From Podarcis cretensis (Eukaryota): a DNA stretch of 64,000 nucleotides. This document shows positions 1 through 13,100 of the stretch, piece after piece. A model generated the notes under the pieces. The model had not been told where the DNA came from and ran no database searches. It worked only from the letters and a program-made list of their open reading frames with translations. Both the position numbers and the translations under genes were made by a program. The stretch covers positions 60,016,001 through 60,080,000 of the forward strand of contig OX638151.1 in assembly GCA_951804945.1 (NCBI GenBank). Direction: 5' to 3'. Positions within the stretch are counted from its first letter, which is position 1; each line of letters starts with the position of its first letter.

Positions 1-1056
1 AATGAACTGAGAATCTGTATGGAAATTAGGCTATAAATAGCTGGGTAGGTGAGTGCCAGCTTAGCTTACTATTGGTTTCATGAACACAATGCCAGAAATT
101 GATGTGTAGAGATGTCATCGCATCATTTTGCCTTGTGATTCACTGCATTTGTTGTTTTACATCTCTTTATGTTGATGTATTAAGTTGTTTTAAAAAAATC
201 TTTTCCATTAAAGATTGATAAATTATAAAATATTCTTTTCAGACACAACGTCTGCTGTTCTTTGATGGCCTATAAAGTGGTGGGTCTCTCAGCATTGCAT
301 CATGTGATGCTACATTCAAAATTAACTCCAAAGGTAGGATAGTTCTCTTGCACCAAGGATGGAAAACTTTTGGGCCTCCAGATGTTGTAGGACTGCAGAT
401 CCTAACAGCTCCAACTGGAATGATGCCTTTTCATCTTGAACTGCTGTTTCAGTGTTGACATCAGCCTTTTCGTTCTTGCCAAGTACTTGTGGATTAGATA
501 TTAGACCAGGACTAAGGGACCAGCTATTTGTGCATTTTGTAATTTTATAACTATGTAACTTCGCTACTTAGTTGATTTTTTTTTTACACTGTTATTTTAT
601 TGTTGGTTTTTATTGATTTTAGTCTAGCCTAGATTTATTGTAACCATCAGGAATAATATTTCTACTGTGCCAGCAAAACTCCAGTAATCGCAAGTCAGTA
701 TCCAACCCATTATTCATTTTATCTGCCATTTTAATATTGTAATCTGCCTTGTGTATCGTGACTACAATCTATACCATTGAGCATAAATTAATAAATAATT
801 CTGTATAGGACTGGGAAAAAGTTTTATCTTTAATATTCTACTCTAATTCAGAAAACTGATAGTACTCAGATAATGGGCATATTAATGGGAAGGTATGTGC
901 AATGCTACACAAGTAGTTAATACGAGGGAATAGATTGCACTAATCTTAGTTTCTAGTTAATATTTTTGTGTTTCATTTTACAACTTGGGTCTGCATTCAA
1001 TAAATATATTCTACTCATTTGCTATTCTTTTATTTTAAAAAATGTAATGAACTTAC

Positions 1057-1168
1057 AGAGTTCCTCTCTGTCAAGTGATTGTGCACCACCTCCAAATAGG
1101 CCTTTGAAGAACCCTTTGTTTGGTGCTTCTGGTGTTTCTACTGGTGTGAAGAGTTCACCCAACATTTC
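1057..1168 (-). CDS. STXBP5: STXBP5 exon 26 (112 nt) EMLGELFTPVETPEAPNKGFFKGLFGGGAQSLDREEL
   Basis: Hand translation; tttgaag acceptor, T/gtaagt donor. Confidence 0.96.
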
Positions 1169-4100
1169 CTTCAAAGAAAAATCATTTTCAGTCATATCTG
1201 AAATTTTATTTGGATTTCATAACAAAGGACAAAAGTACTATTAATGCACTCTCATTGTATTCTCACTTGACTTCAGAATTCAAAGTGCCCATACAGTTCC
1301 CCCTGTAGATTTTATCATTTTGCTTCAAACAATTTAGCATGCATTAGATTAACTGAAAAGTTGTTAAGTCGCAACGATATCTTTACCTAACCTTTACTCA
1401 AATGGAAATTCAAGTTGCAGTTAAACTCTGCACTTGCCTCACTTTCTTCAACGTTAAATGTTCTTCATTTACTACAATACACTGCCTTCAAATAAATACT
1501 TTACATTTGGTCTTACTGAATGTATTAAACTAAAGATTAAGCTGACAACAGACACACAGAAACATACTGACAATTTTCTGCACTGACGTAAAGTGGGTTG
1601 TATCCTGACCTGCTGTTCCTCCTTCCATTTGTGGAAGTGAGACAGATCCAGCAGGGCTCCCTTTTAGGCTCCACAGTCACCTCCCATGCTGTTTCTAGCA
1701 CAGTTAGAAAAAGCATGGGAAAATTCAAACCGTAGAGGGAATGGCTCCGCCCCCCTTTTTTTTAACGGAACACGTACAAACTAACTAACTATTAAAGCTA
1801 CTGACAGAGACAAGGAACAAGAAAGCAAGCTACAAGCCTGGATGAAACAGAGAAGATGGAGTCAAGATGCAAAACGAAACTGTTCTGCAAACAAGGGGGG
1901 GGGGGTCCTGAAAATGGCCTTGGAGCTGTGATTTTGCCTGCTACCATTTGAGGGCACTAGATACCTATATTGAAGACATCTCTTCAGTATGAATTTGATC
2001 AGGTGCAACCTCTACAGCCCAACTAAATGTATATGGGTTGTGAGAACAGAGGTTTTCTTAAAAAAATAATAATCTGATTCAATTCTAATTCCCTGCCCCC
2101 AGGTCTCTTTTCCATGCTGGAGAAACCCATCTGGACTTGTTTCATCTCTCCTTCCAAAACAACAGCTATAAATTAAAAGACAAAAGTAGTCTATTCTTCA
2201 AATAATGCTTTTACATTAAAAAATAATTACGCAAGAATCTTTTATACTTTACCTGCAGATTTTCACATGTTTCTTGACTATAGGTGATTCTCTGGATTTC
2301 TGTAGGTGAGACAAGGTACAAAGCTTGCCCATTGTTGGTGAAGCAAAATGTTCTGGCTATCCGCATGTTGGTAAGCGGTAAGTAATATACATCCAACAGC
2401 GGCCTTAAACTTGGCAAACTTAAGAAAACAGAAAGGAAAAAATGTTAAAAGTGGGATATGAGCACTTTATCTACTTTTCTAAAGCCTGATACACTGCATA
2501 AAATGCCTTTAAAAAAACCCCTAAAAGCTTACATTTTTCAGAACTATGTAGGCTTATGCAGTTTCCTAGCCCACCCACCCCAAGTCCTCCACAACTGAAA
2601 GAGTAAAAATATAAATGTAGGCAAACTATTTTTCATAAGGATATATATATATAATTTAATTGGTGCATTGTACGCCTCCAAAAATGGTCGCCAGTTTGAT
2701 TCTCTGGGATTTTATTCTGTGTTTTTAAATAGGGCATGAAGAATCATTGTGAAAAAGATGTTGATATTACATCTTATACACAATAGAAACATTCAAACAA
2801 AGAATCTAACTATTAAATGTACACTTAAAGCTCTGTGAGATGCAAAGAGTTGCTATATTTACTTTGGGCAGGGGTACCAACTTGAATAAAATATTGGGGG
2901 GGGGCAAGTAAGGCCCGCCCCCCATAATTGATCACATGATGCAATGCACACACACCATTTCAATGGCAATGCCCATTAACTTTGTTAGGGTCTGGCCTCC
3001 TCAAATATTTTATTGAGGGACCAAAAGGACTTTTGCCCCAAGGAGTTGGCTCCTATGTGAGTTGCATCTAGGAGAAATGTGTGACTGGAAGTTGCATCTA
3101 GGAGAAGTGTGTGACTGGAAGACAGTTCATGCAACCAAACTCTCTCCTGAAAACGCTCTCTAGAGGTTTGGGAACTGCCTGAACAATGCAGGACTGTTGT
3201 ATGGGGCTACAGTGTGAAGAGGGAATTTCCCCTTCTGATCTTACGTGATTTTCCTCTCATACTGCAACCATGTACAACACTGCTTCCACTGTTCAAGGGG
3301 CTTTGGGGGAGAATAGGATAAGAGAGAATTTGGCTGCATCATGAGCTGCCTTCCAGCCACATAATTGTTAGATACATTCCCCACTTTCTTTTGAACAGTA
3401 GCCCTCTACCCTCACACCATGGTCTCATAAGTTACTTTGGAGCCTCCTCAGTTTCAAAAGAAGTTTGTTATGTAGCATGGGGGATGTTTTTGAGCAATGC
3501 AATTGCAAAGCCCCACTGGGCACACAGAACTAGCTGTAAAGTTTCTCAGATCCTGGACAGTACAGAAAATCCAAGTAGTGCTTCTAATTTAGGACACATT
3601 TCCTTCAGCAACTCCAAGGTTGGAACACCAACCACAGACCTCACTAAACTTAGATGCTTTTAAAAGATGTATCACAGGGAAAAAAGAACAGAGTCTCTTC
3701 TTATAGATAATGACTAGAACCACTGCTAAGTCCTGCCTGGAAATAAAAAACACTTCAAAAGGTAAACTACAATACTGAAAAAATATAGCAGCTGGCCAAA
3801 TTATGTCTACTGAATTATTAAACTTCACTGCACTTTTTCAGATATAGTATACAAAGGGTATTGTGAAACATATTGTGTTAGTCGTTCTTCGCGATCATGA
3901 AACAGAGGAGTTGGTGATCTTCAGGGTATGAGCTTGAACCTATTTTATAGGTCACAAGCACCAACTCTTCTTTGAACAGGACTGCTGGGGACAAAAGATT
4001 GGCAGAAACTAAGGACAACTTCATAGGTGGCTGGAAAAGGCATTTGTCAAATAAATATGATCTAAGATATTCATGAGTACCATTTATGTTTGAATAATTT

Positions 4101-7100
4101 TGATATTTTGGATGTGTAAGCTGATAAAAAGCAACTTAACAAATTTATCATCTTGGTACAAGTTGTATCAGAATATTAAAACACAATACAGATGACATTC
4201 AACATATGCTGGGGTTATGTTACAGGGATAGTGCATAAAGCCACTATAGGAAAATATAGAATTATAGAATTGTAAAGATAAAAGGCACCCTGAGGGTCAT
4301 CTAGTCCAACTCCCTGCAGTGCAAGAATCTCAACTAGATCATACATGACAGATGACCATCCAACCTCTGCTTAAAACCCTCCAAGGAAGGAGAGTCCACC
4401 ACCTCTCATGGGAGTCTGTCCCCTCAATACCTTCATCCAAGTCATTATAAAGATGTATAAAGATGTTAGAACCCCGCAGCACTCCACATCCACATGTCCC
4501 TTTTTTCTAGGATGATGAGAAACCGTTAGTGAGCACTCTTTGGGTTTGGTCAGTGAACCAGTTACAAATCCACCTAACAGTCATCTAGTCCAGTCTACAT
4601 TTTACCAGTTTCTCAGCAAGAATATTACAGGGACTTTGTCAAAAGCCTTACTGAAATCAAGATACACTACATTCACAGCATTCTCCTGATTCACAAAGCT
4701 TGTAACTATCAAAAAGAAAGAAATGAGATTCATCAGACATGACTTGTTTTTGAGTAACCCATGGTGGGTCGTAGTAATCACAGTGTCCTTTTATAAATGC
4801 TCACAAACTGACTGTTTAATTCTGTTCTAGGACCTTTCCTGGTATTGATGTCAAGCTGACCTATTGGTAGTTATCTGGAACTTTTTTTCGTGTTTTGAAG
4901 CTGAGGACATCTGCCCACCTCTAGTCTTTTGGGACCTTACTTGTTGTCCAAGAATTGTCAAAGATTATAAGCAGAGGCTCTGAGTTTACTCCTGAAATTT
5001 TCTTTAGTATCCTTGAGTACAGCTCATCAGGCCCTGGAAATCTGAATTCATTTAAAGTAGCTAGGTGTTCCCTTACCACCTCTTCCCATCTTTGGCTGCA
5101 GCTCCTTCCTTGCATCATTTATTCTGTCATCATCAGGTTGGGCACTGCTTTTATTTTGGGTGCAGAGACAAAGCAGGCACTGAGCACTTCTCTGTCACCC
5201 AATAGCATTTCTCTGTCTACTCCAATCAGAGGATCTTGCTTCTTCTTTCTCTTGTTTTGAACATAGCCAAAGAAAACCTTTTTTACTGTTGTTAATTTAT
5301 CTTGCAAGCTTGAGCTCATTCTGAGCTTTGGCCTGCCTGACCTCCCTGCAACTCGTGTATACTCTTCCTTAGTGATTTCTCCTTTCTTCCATTTATTATA
5401 CATTCCCTTATACATTCCCTTCTTACATCTCAGCTAATCTGTAAGTTCATTATGAAGCCACAGTCGTTTATTTAGGTGCCTCTCACTTTTCTTACTTGTT
5501 GGAACTGTCTGTGCCTTCAATATTTCACATTTAAGAAACTCCCATCCATCTTGGACACCCTTCTCTTAAGAGTATTTCTGACCATGAGACCTCACATAGT
5601 AGTTCCTCAAGGTTTTTGAAATCAGCCTATTTAAAGTCCAGAGCGCATGTCCCATTACACTCAGCTTTCCTGTAGCTAGGTATCATATAACCCAAAAGGA
5701 CATGATTAATTTCTCCCAAGGTTCCCTATACTTTCACTTTGTCCATCAGTTCCTCTATGTTGGTGAGGACCAGGTCCAAGAGAGATGACCCTCTTGTTGC
5801 TTCTTCCACCTTATTGGAAATGAAATAGTGAGGCAATTGAGGAATTACATTCTTGGAAGAGTTTGAGCTCCAACAGATATCAGGGTAGTTGAAGTCTCCC
5901 ATGACTACTATACCTTTCCTTTTTGAATGTTTAGTAAGGTCACTTTTACAATTTTTACCCATATTCTCTCAATCTGCCTTCTATGTTCCAAGTCATGGAT
6001 CTCTTCACAAGTGTACATTTTCTTAACATATAATGCTACTCCTCTTCCCTTCCCGTTGTATCTATTTGTTTGGAGCAGATTGTACTCCTAAATTTCTATA
6101 TTCCAGTCATGAGTCTCATCCCACCAGATTTCAGGAATGCCTATTAGGTCATATTTGCCATCCTGCATTAAGTGCTCAAGTTCTAATTGCTTGTTTCCCA
6201 TATTCTGTGCATGAAGAATATAGAGAGTCAACTGTGTAGAGACAACTGAAACTATGGGTTATTCTTCTGCACACTGCTGCCTCTGTCCTCTTCCATAGAG
6301 AGTCACCTGCCACGACTACAAATCTCTTCCTTTTCTGGGGAGTGACAGGAATCATTCTGTACACTGTACCTTCCACTACCATCTTGGTGTGTTTGAGGTT
6401 TGCAACCACCGCACTTGCTCCTCTGGCTGAGAATTGGTGTTCGAGATGAGGGCATGGAACCAGTTTTGTAGTTCCAGAGACACAGTATGGCTCCTGAAAG
6501 TCCTGCTTTTTTGTGCCCCATTCCTCCAGGGGTTCACCTCCTCCACTGGGCAATCTTCCTCCTCCCTAGAGGCACCCTGCCTGCATCTCTGTTCCAGCAC
6601 AGTCCACTCAAAGCTTCTGATCCCAGGTTAGTTAGTTAATGCAGGTAAGTAAGTTTAAGTAATTCAAAAATGCCATTGCAAAGAAGTCAAACTCTTGCAA
6701 CTAATGGTACATGCCCCACAAATCCATAGAGGGAAGATGATGACATAGAAATCCAACTCCATATGAAATCTTTCCCTCCTACTATTAGATTGCACTTTTC
6801 CTCTGTTCACACTGTCTCTGTGTGTTTTAAATTCAAATTTAGTCATGTCTAGCTGGAAAGCAGACAATTTTGAGAGATGGATCTGTAAAATTTAGCCTCT
6901 ACTTTTAATGGCAGTAGCAGCTGCCACCCAAAGATATGCTCAGCATATGTGGGCACAGTTCCCTTGCATGACAACTGTTTCCTTTCTCCCGGTCCTATCA
7001 GCTGACAAATGAAACAACAATCTCTCGATCACAGCAAGCTCGTCTGATACTGGTTTTCTTCAGATATCATACTAAATCTTGGTCAAAAAAGTTTAACCAA

Positions 7101-10100
7101 AGTTAACACAATGTTTAAATTGACAAACTAGTTTACATCTGGCTGGTAAGTAAGAATAAGATACTGTTTGAAATAGGTAATAAAACATGGGGTCAGATCC
7201 AAAGGTTATGTAAGCCCAAGACCACTTGTAGAATTGATCATTCACCCGTCCTTCCCATTATTTCCAGGATTCACTCCAGAACAGTATGGGCCGAATCATG
7301 GGAGGCTGTCACAGAATGGGGAACCACCCAAAATCAGGTTGAGGAAACGTACATTAGGGGAGCTCCACAGCTAGCATTCAATCTGTTGCAGCAAGAGTCT
7401 TCTGCCTAATTTGGGGTGGCATTCCCACTGCAGCCTTCCATGATACACCCTGCAGTTGAGATTCCACCTTTACTGTCTGGAGCAGCCTTTCAGGGGTGCA
7501 GGGGACTGCAGAGGAGTGGAAAGATCAGTTGTGTAAGCATTCCACTGAGCAGCCTCTTTGCTTACGATGGCTTGGTACAATGATTCAACTGACAAAATTT
7601 GCAGCTGAGGCACTGCACCAGATCATCAAGAGAATAACAAGCAGTAATGGCATTTTTGGAACCGCAGAGTATTGTTTGGATTCTAAACTATGGTTAACAC
7701 AAGCCACGATTTTAATGATATTTAAGCAGAGCCCTATTAAGTCATAATTCCAAACAAAATGATTTTAAATAGCTGTGAACTGCATTCTTAATGTTAATTA
7801 GTCAAGCCAAAAGAAGAAAAATGCATGTAGCAAAGGGATGGCAAAAGTTATCTTTTGCTTCAAAGTCATTCAAAAACTGCATTAAATCACATAAATAGGT
7901 AAACAAGTGGCTAGTTTATCAGCAGTCCTGCATACAGGTTACATATGAAGTATGCATGTTATGACTGCATGTTCTCCCCATCACTTGTACAGCTTCAGTG
8001 TGAACTGAAGAATCCTTTGTTCTAGGCTCTGTTGCAGATAAAATATGCAGCATCTGTTTGACAGATTTTAAAATAAATTAATAATAATAGAATAAGTCTA
8101 TTATTTTAATACTGTAAATATATTACAGCTGCAACAATATTTACCCATCAAATCCTTCATTTTCCCTGTGTAGTTGCAGTCTTATTCACCTATATAACAT
8201 TTGTTTTCTTAAAGTCTTTGTACATTTTATGTATTTTCAGCGAACACATCTATACTGATTATATTGCCTCCTTTTAGTATTGAATATCTTACCTAAAAGT
8301 CATTATATGTCCATTGGCACAGAAACAAGCAAGGCAGATACTGTTACTCAGTGCCACTATATCTCCACGAAGGACAAATGAAGTCTCTGTTATATTTTGC
8401 TTATAAGTACAGTTCTGTGAAGGCAGTGAAATAACTTTTGCTTGCTTTTCAGAACATATCACTGCATATTGGTTTTCACTGATTTCCTGAGAGGAGGATG
8501 GAGACACTGAGACAGGCCGGCGTTTCTTCACCTTATCCTTTTCGTCCTTGTCTTCAGGAACATTGGGTTCTCTCCAGGGTTCATATGCTGGTGGAACTAA
8601 TGATCCTGTAGTGTCCAGAAAAGCCATTCTCAGTATTGCCCCTTTAAGCCTTAGTATGGTTCCTAAGATACAGAAACAGAGAAAGTTGCTAAAATAGCTG
8701 TACAATTTTTGACTAATAAAAAAATGTTCAGCCTAATACACTGAAATGCATTCCTAATTTATAAAGCACTCTTAAACTATTGCCTCCATAATACCATGAC
8801 ATGTAGAATGTGCTTAGGGGTCACTCCTAAACAAGGGTCCTTTCTGAAACGAATTCTTCAAGAAATACATATAAGAACATAACTTGTTCTTTTAATGAAG
8901 GATCATACTGAAGAACCCATATGAAAGTACAGTGGTGCCTCGCAAGACGAAAAGAATCCGTTCTGCGAGTCTCTTCGTCTAGTGGTTTTTTCGTCTTGCG
9001 AAGCGGCTTAGCGGCTTAGCGGCTATTAGCGGCTTAGAAAAAGGGGGGGGGGGAAAGCGAAAAAAAAATCGCAAGACTCGCAAGACGTTTTCGTCTTGCA
9101 AAGCAAGCCCATAGGGAAATTTGTCTTGCGAAGCGCCTCAAAAACGGAAAACCCTTTCGTCTAGCGGGTTTTTCGTCTTGCGAGGCATTCGTCTTGCGGG
9201 GCACCACTGTACATTTATATGTACTTATATTTGGAAGCTCATTTTTTAATGAAATACTGCCTTGGATTTGTTCTGTAAAAAAAAAGGGTTCCTGTTTGCA
9301 GAAGATACTGAGATCCAGCAGAGGGTCTATGCTGGAGGAAGGAATTCCCCCAGTTCCTTCTTCCTCTAGCCTCCCCATGTTGCTGCTTATCCCATAGGCA
9401 TCTGGCTGGTCACTGTGAGCGTAAGATGCTGGGCCTTTAATCTGATCCACTAGGGCTCTTTCTTTTATTCTTATGTACTCATGTCAGTTGCTGAAACTAC
9501 TGTAACAGATTTTCAGAGATCATAGGGGGGATGATGGAGAGAGGAAAGTAGCTAAAATGGTCTCCCCCTACCCCCCACATATAGTATAACTCTATGAATC
9601 ACATGTCTGGATCAAACTACTTCGTTTATACATCTTTTCTCTTTCTTTAACCCTGTGTTGAAATAAGATAATGCTGGCAACATGATGGCAGCACACACGC
9701 AAAAATTATAGTTCCTGCTTATTTTTTTTTTGGGGGGGGTGGAGAATTTTTAAAAAGCAGGATTTTCTGGCATCCCTCAGAGGTCCTTTCCATCTATAGG
9801 AGAAAACAATACAGAAATCTATAGATAAAGAATAATAAAATTCAGAGGAAAGGACTTGCTCACAATTGCCCTCAAATGCTGTTGTACAGGATAGCCAAAT
9901 CTACAGATTTTCTAATCCTGTGCTTCCAAAGCAAGATGACATGTCCATTTATACAAAGCACAATCTATCTGAGGCATATGGTTAGAAATATTGCAGTTTA
10001 TGAGTGATATTATTTTCCTTTTACACATATGTGAAGATGAAATTTTACAGATGAAAAGGATTGTGCTGAATTCCTATATACCTGATTATATATAAACTTT

Positions 10101-13100
10101 AGCACTATAAGAGAAGCCAACAATCACAATTCTCACAAGTAAGTTCATTTTTCTGGCAAAATATGCCAGAAGAAGCCAGCAAATGGCCTTCTTGCTTTTG
10201 TGCCGATGACTGTCATAATCACAACACCACGTTAAGAATTAAAAGCACATAGTATTTTGCACATTGTAAACTCTGCCTTGTGAAATACATACCACTGGGA
10301 GATACAATTACTGGCTGAAGTAGTCTTTGCTCTCCTCCTGGTGGTAAATTCAATGCAATGACTAAAACTGTACCCAACGTAGTGCCAACCCACAAGCAGG
10401 GTGAAGGTGCTGTATCAGCTTTTCGTGTGAAAGTCTCACAGAAATGAAGAGCTGAAATTGCTTCTCGAGATTCCTTGTCAATGCTGGTGACACTAGAACT
10501 CCTGGATCTGCTGAAGGAGTTGTCTCTAACATCTGAAATATTTAATATCAATTTAAACACAATGAAAAATAGTCCATCTTCCCTTTAAAGGACAGTTACA
10601 AACAGTTTAGCTATAAGGCATCTATAAAAACTCAATTCACTACAGTTAAGTCCATTTCACACATTGCATGTTTTAGGTGAACACTTAAGTAACAAGTGTG
10701 AAAGAAATGTGTTTGAACATACACATATATGCCCACAAGAGCACCATCACGGTCTACAAGTATCGACAAAAAAGTGAATCTATGTATCTGTACATGAAAA
10801 GTAGCTTGCAGAATATATCATACTTTATCATAATCACATTTATCTTTTAGATAGGACAACACAGCTGTGATCAAGTAATTTTTTTAAAAAAAGATATATA
10901 TCATAATGTTGCATGATGCGCCATTTCTCAGACCAGCTTGGTCATTTTCTTTCTGACTAAGTTTTATGAGATGCTATGCACTATGGAGGAAAATGATGTA
11001 AACATATTTTAAGTTCTTTTACAAACATACACAAACACACACAAACACACCCACTTACACACAGAGAGATATTGATTTCTTTTTTAGTTCAGATTAATAG
11101 TTCTCACTATTTTTTAAAGCTAGTTATTGCAACTTTAGGACAGAGGATCTATTTGCTTATGTAAATTAGATGAACCCATAAATGTACTTTTTTTTTGAAA
11201 CACCAATATAATATTAGGTCAGATTTCTGGGCCAAAAACTAGAGCCCAGACACTTAAAATATGTATTCTCATAGACCACCCAGCCACAGAATCTATTGAA
11301 CGTGTGTATTTAATGTGGAGAGATAGGGAAGGGGATGGTGGTAGAGTACGATACAGTTGTCTAGGTAAGATTAATTATGGGTGCTTGCTTTAGTGTATCT
11401 GTAGTATACGGTTAGCAACACAATGACGGTATTTGATAAAGGTACAGGGCAGGACCTTTCTATGGCAGTAGCATTAACTGTGAAGGCCACTGCATAAGAA
11501 GGTCAGTTCATGCCCATCTCTTTTGATGTTATTAAGTTTATCAGGAGCTCTTTGTTTCCAGTAGGGCTTTTGTTATTGATGATGATGTTGATGATGATGA
11601 TGCGTCTATTATTTTGTTATATTGCTTAATCTTATTGCTTAGTTTTAAAGTGTAGTTGTACTTTCAAAATTGTGGTTTTATTTTTATGGCAGAAAGTTTT
11701 ATACAAAAACTCAATACTTCTCAAGTTATAAAATAGTGAGATTTCCAAGTTGTGTGTCCCAAGAGGAGCTGAAGTGTACCTTGAAAAGTTAAGCCACCAT
11801 GTTGAATGTACTCAACTCTCTATGCTAAAGTAGCAAGAACATAGCATTGTTCCTCCTATCCTTTGCCAATATTTGAGCAGTGAAGGCATCTTGAAGGAGA
11901 GAGGAAGAACACACTGAGATTTTCTGACACAGTTCAGTCCATGTAAATATATTGTTCAGATCTTAGATCCATTGAAAGTATGAAAATGATTTCTGACCTA
12001 TTAAATTGCCATACTGGTCATACTGTCCCTTTCAAAAGTACAGTATGTTAAAATCTCATTTTCATACGAACACCAGACTTTTAAACCTGATATTATATAG
12101 TGATTTGCTGCATTTAGTAAGCATGTTTGTAAAGAAGAACTGCAAAAAAGCAGAAGGATCAGAAGTGTGAAGAAATACTGAAATTTCAAGATTAACATGC
12201 ACATCTGTAACAAATAAGATAAACCAAAAACCTTATAATTCACTGAAAATAGGGGATGTGCCTGACATTGATTTCTGCCTCTTTGACTTTTAGTTTGTAC
12301 CTTTCTTTTGATAGAGAACTCTATAGTAACTCTATTCCCTTAGTAAAACTGCAAGGGCTTTAATGGACACGTAAATTTGCTAAGACATAGTTCAAGAAAA
12401 CAGCATGATTTCATAAAGGCATTCAGATTTAAACATGAGCGTACGCCTACTGTACTACTAATATGTATACATGATTTTAGTTTTATATGCCAATGGTCCA
12501 ATCAAAATCAATAAAGAACGACACACAATTATATCCCCATGGGATCTTAAAACCTAAGGCCTCACTACTGAGGCCATGATCTGAAGAACTATGAAGTTCC
12601 ATTTCCTAAGGGTACTTTAAATTTTTTTTTTTAATTGTATCCCACTACTCCAGAATAGCAAACTATATTTAAAAGTAATGGTAGTTTCAAAGGCAGCTGT
12701 TTGTATTCTTGCCTAAGTTTCTCAAACTGTGTATACAGTTGCAGCAACACCCCATTGTGATGCACATAGCAGTTCATTAAATACTTGTTTTAAGACTCAG
12801 GTGACTGATTAGATCTTAAGAAATATTATGTAGCAGAAGCAGCAGCCTATTTATTCAATTTATTTTTTTACATTTATATCTTGCACACGTTATTCCTCCG
12901 ATGCCTCTTTTATTCACACAACAGTCATGTGGAATAGGTTAGGTTGAGAGAAAGTAAGTAAGCTCAAGTAAGTGAGCTGAATGACTCAATAGAGATCTGA
13001 ATCTGGATCTTCAAGTCCTAACTCAACACTCTTATAACCACTACACCACACTGGCTATGAAAAGAGGTATATAGGATTTCCTTAAACTATTCTTGTTTTC

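Noticed and set aside
966-1244. Plus-strand 92-aa ORF and similar plus-strand ORFs over exons (30826, 32415, 34035, 44107)
   Set aside because: Antisense shadows of STXBP5 exons with no independent gene signals.
8990-9200. Spaced ttcgtcttgcg repeats suggesting a CRISPR-like array
   Set aside because: Short, irregularly spaced, in both orientations, inside a TIR-bounded MITE in a vertebrate intron.
9034-9450. 138-aa minus-strand ORF
   Set aside because: Runs through a MITE and a CR1 fragment; no recognisable protein.
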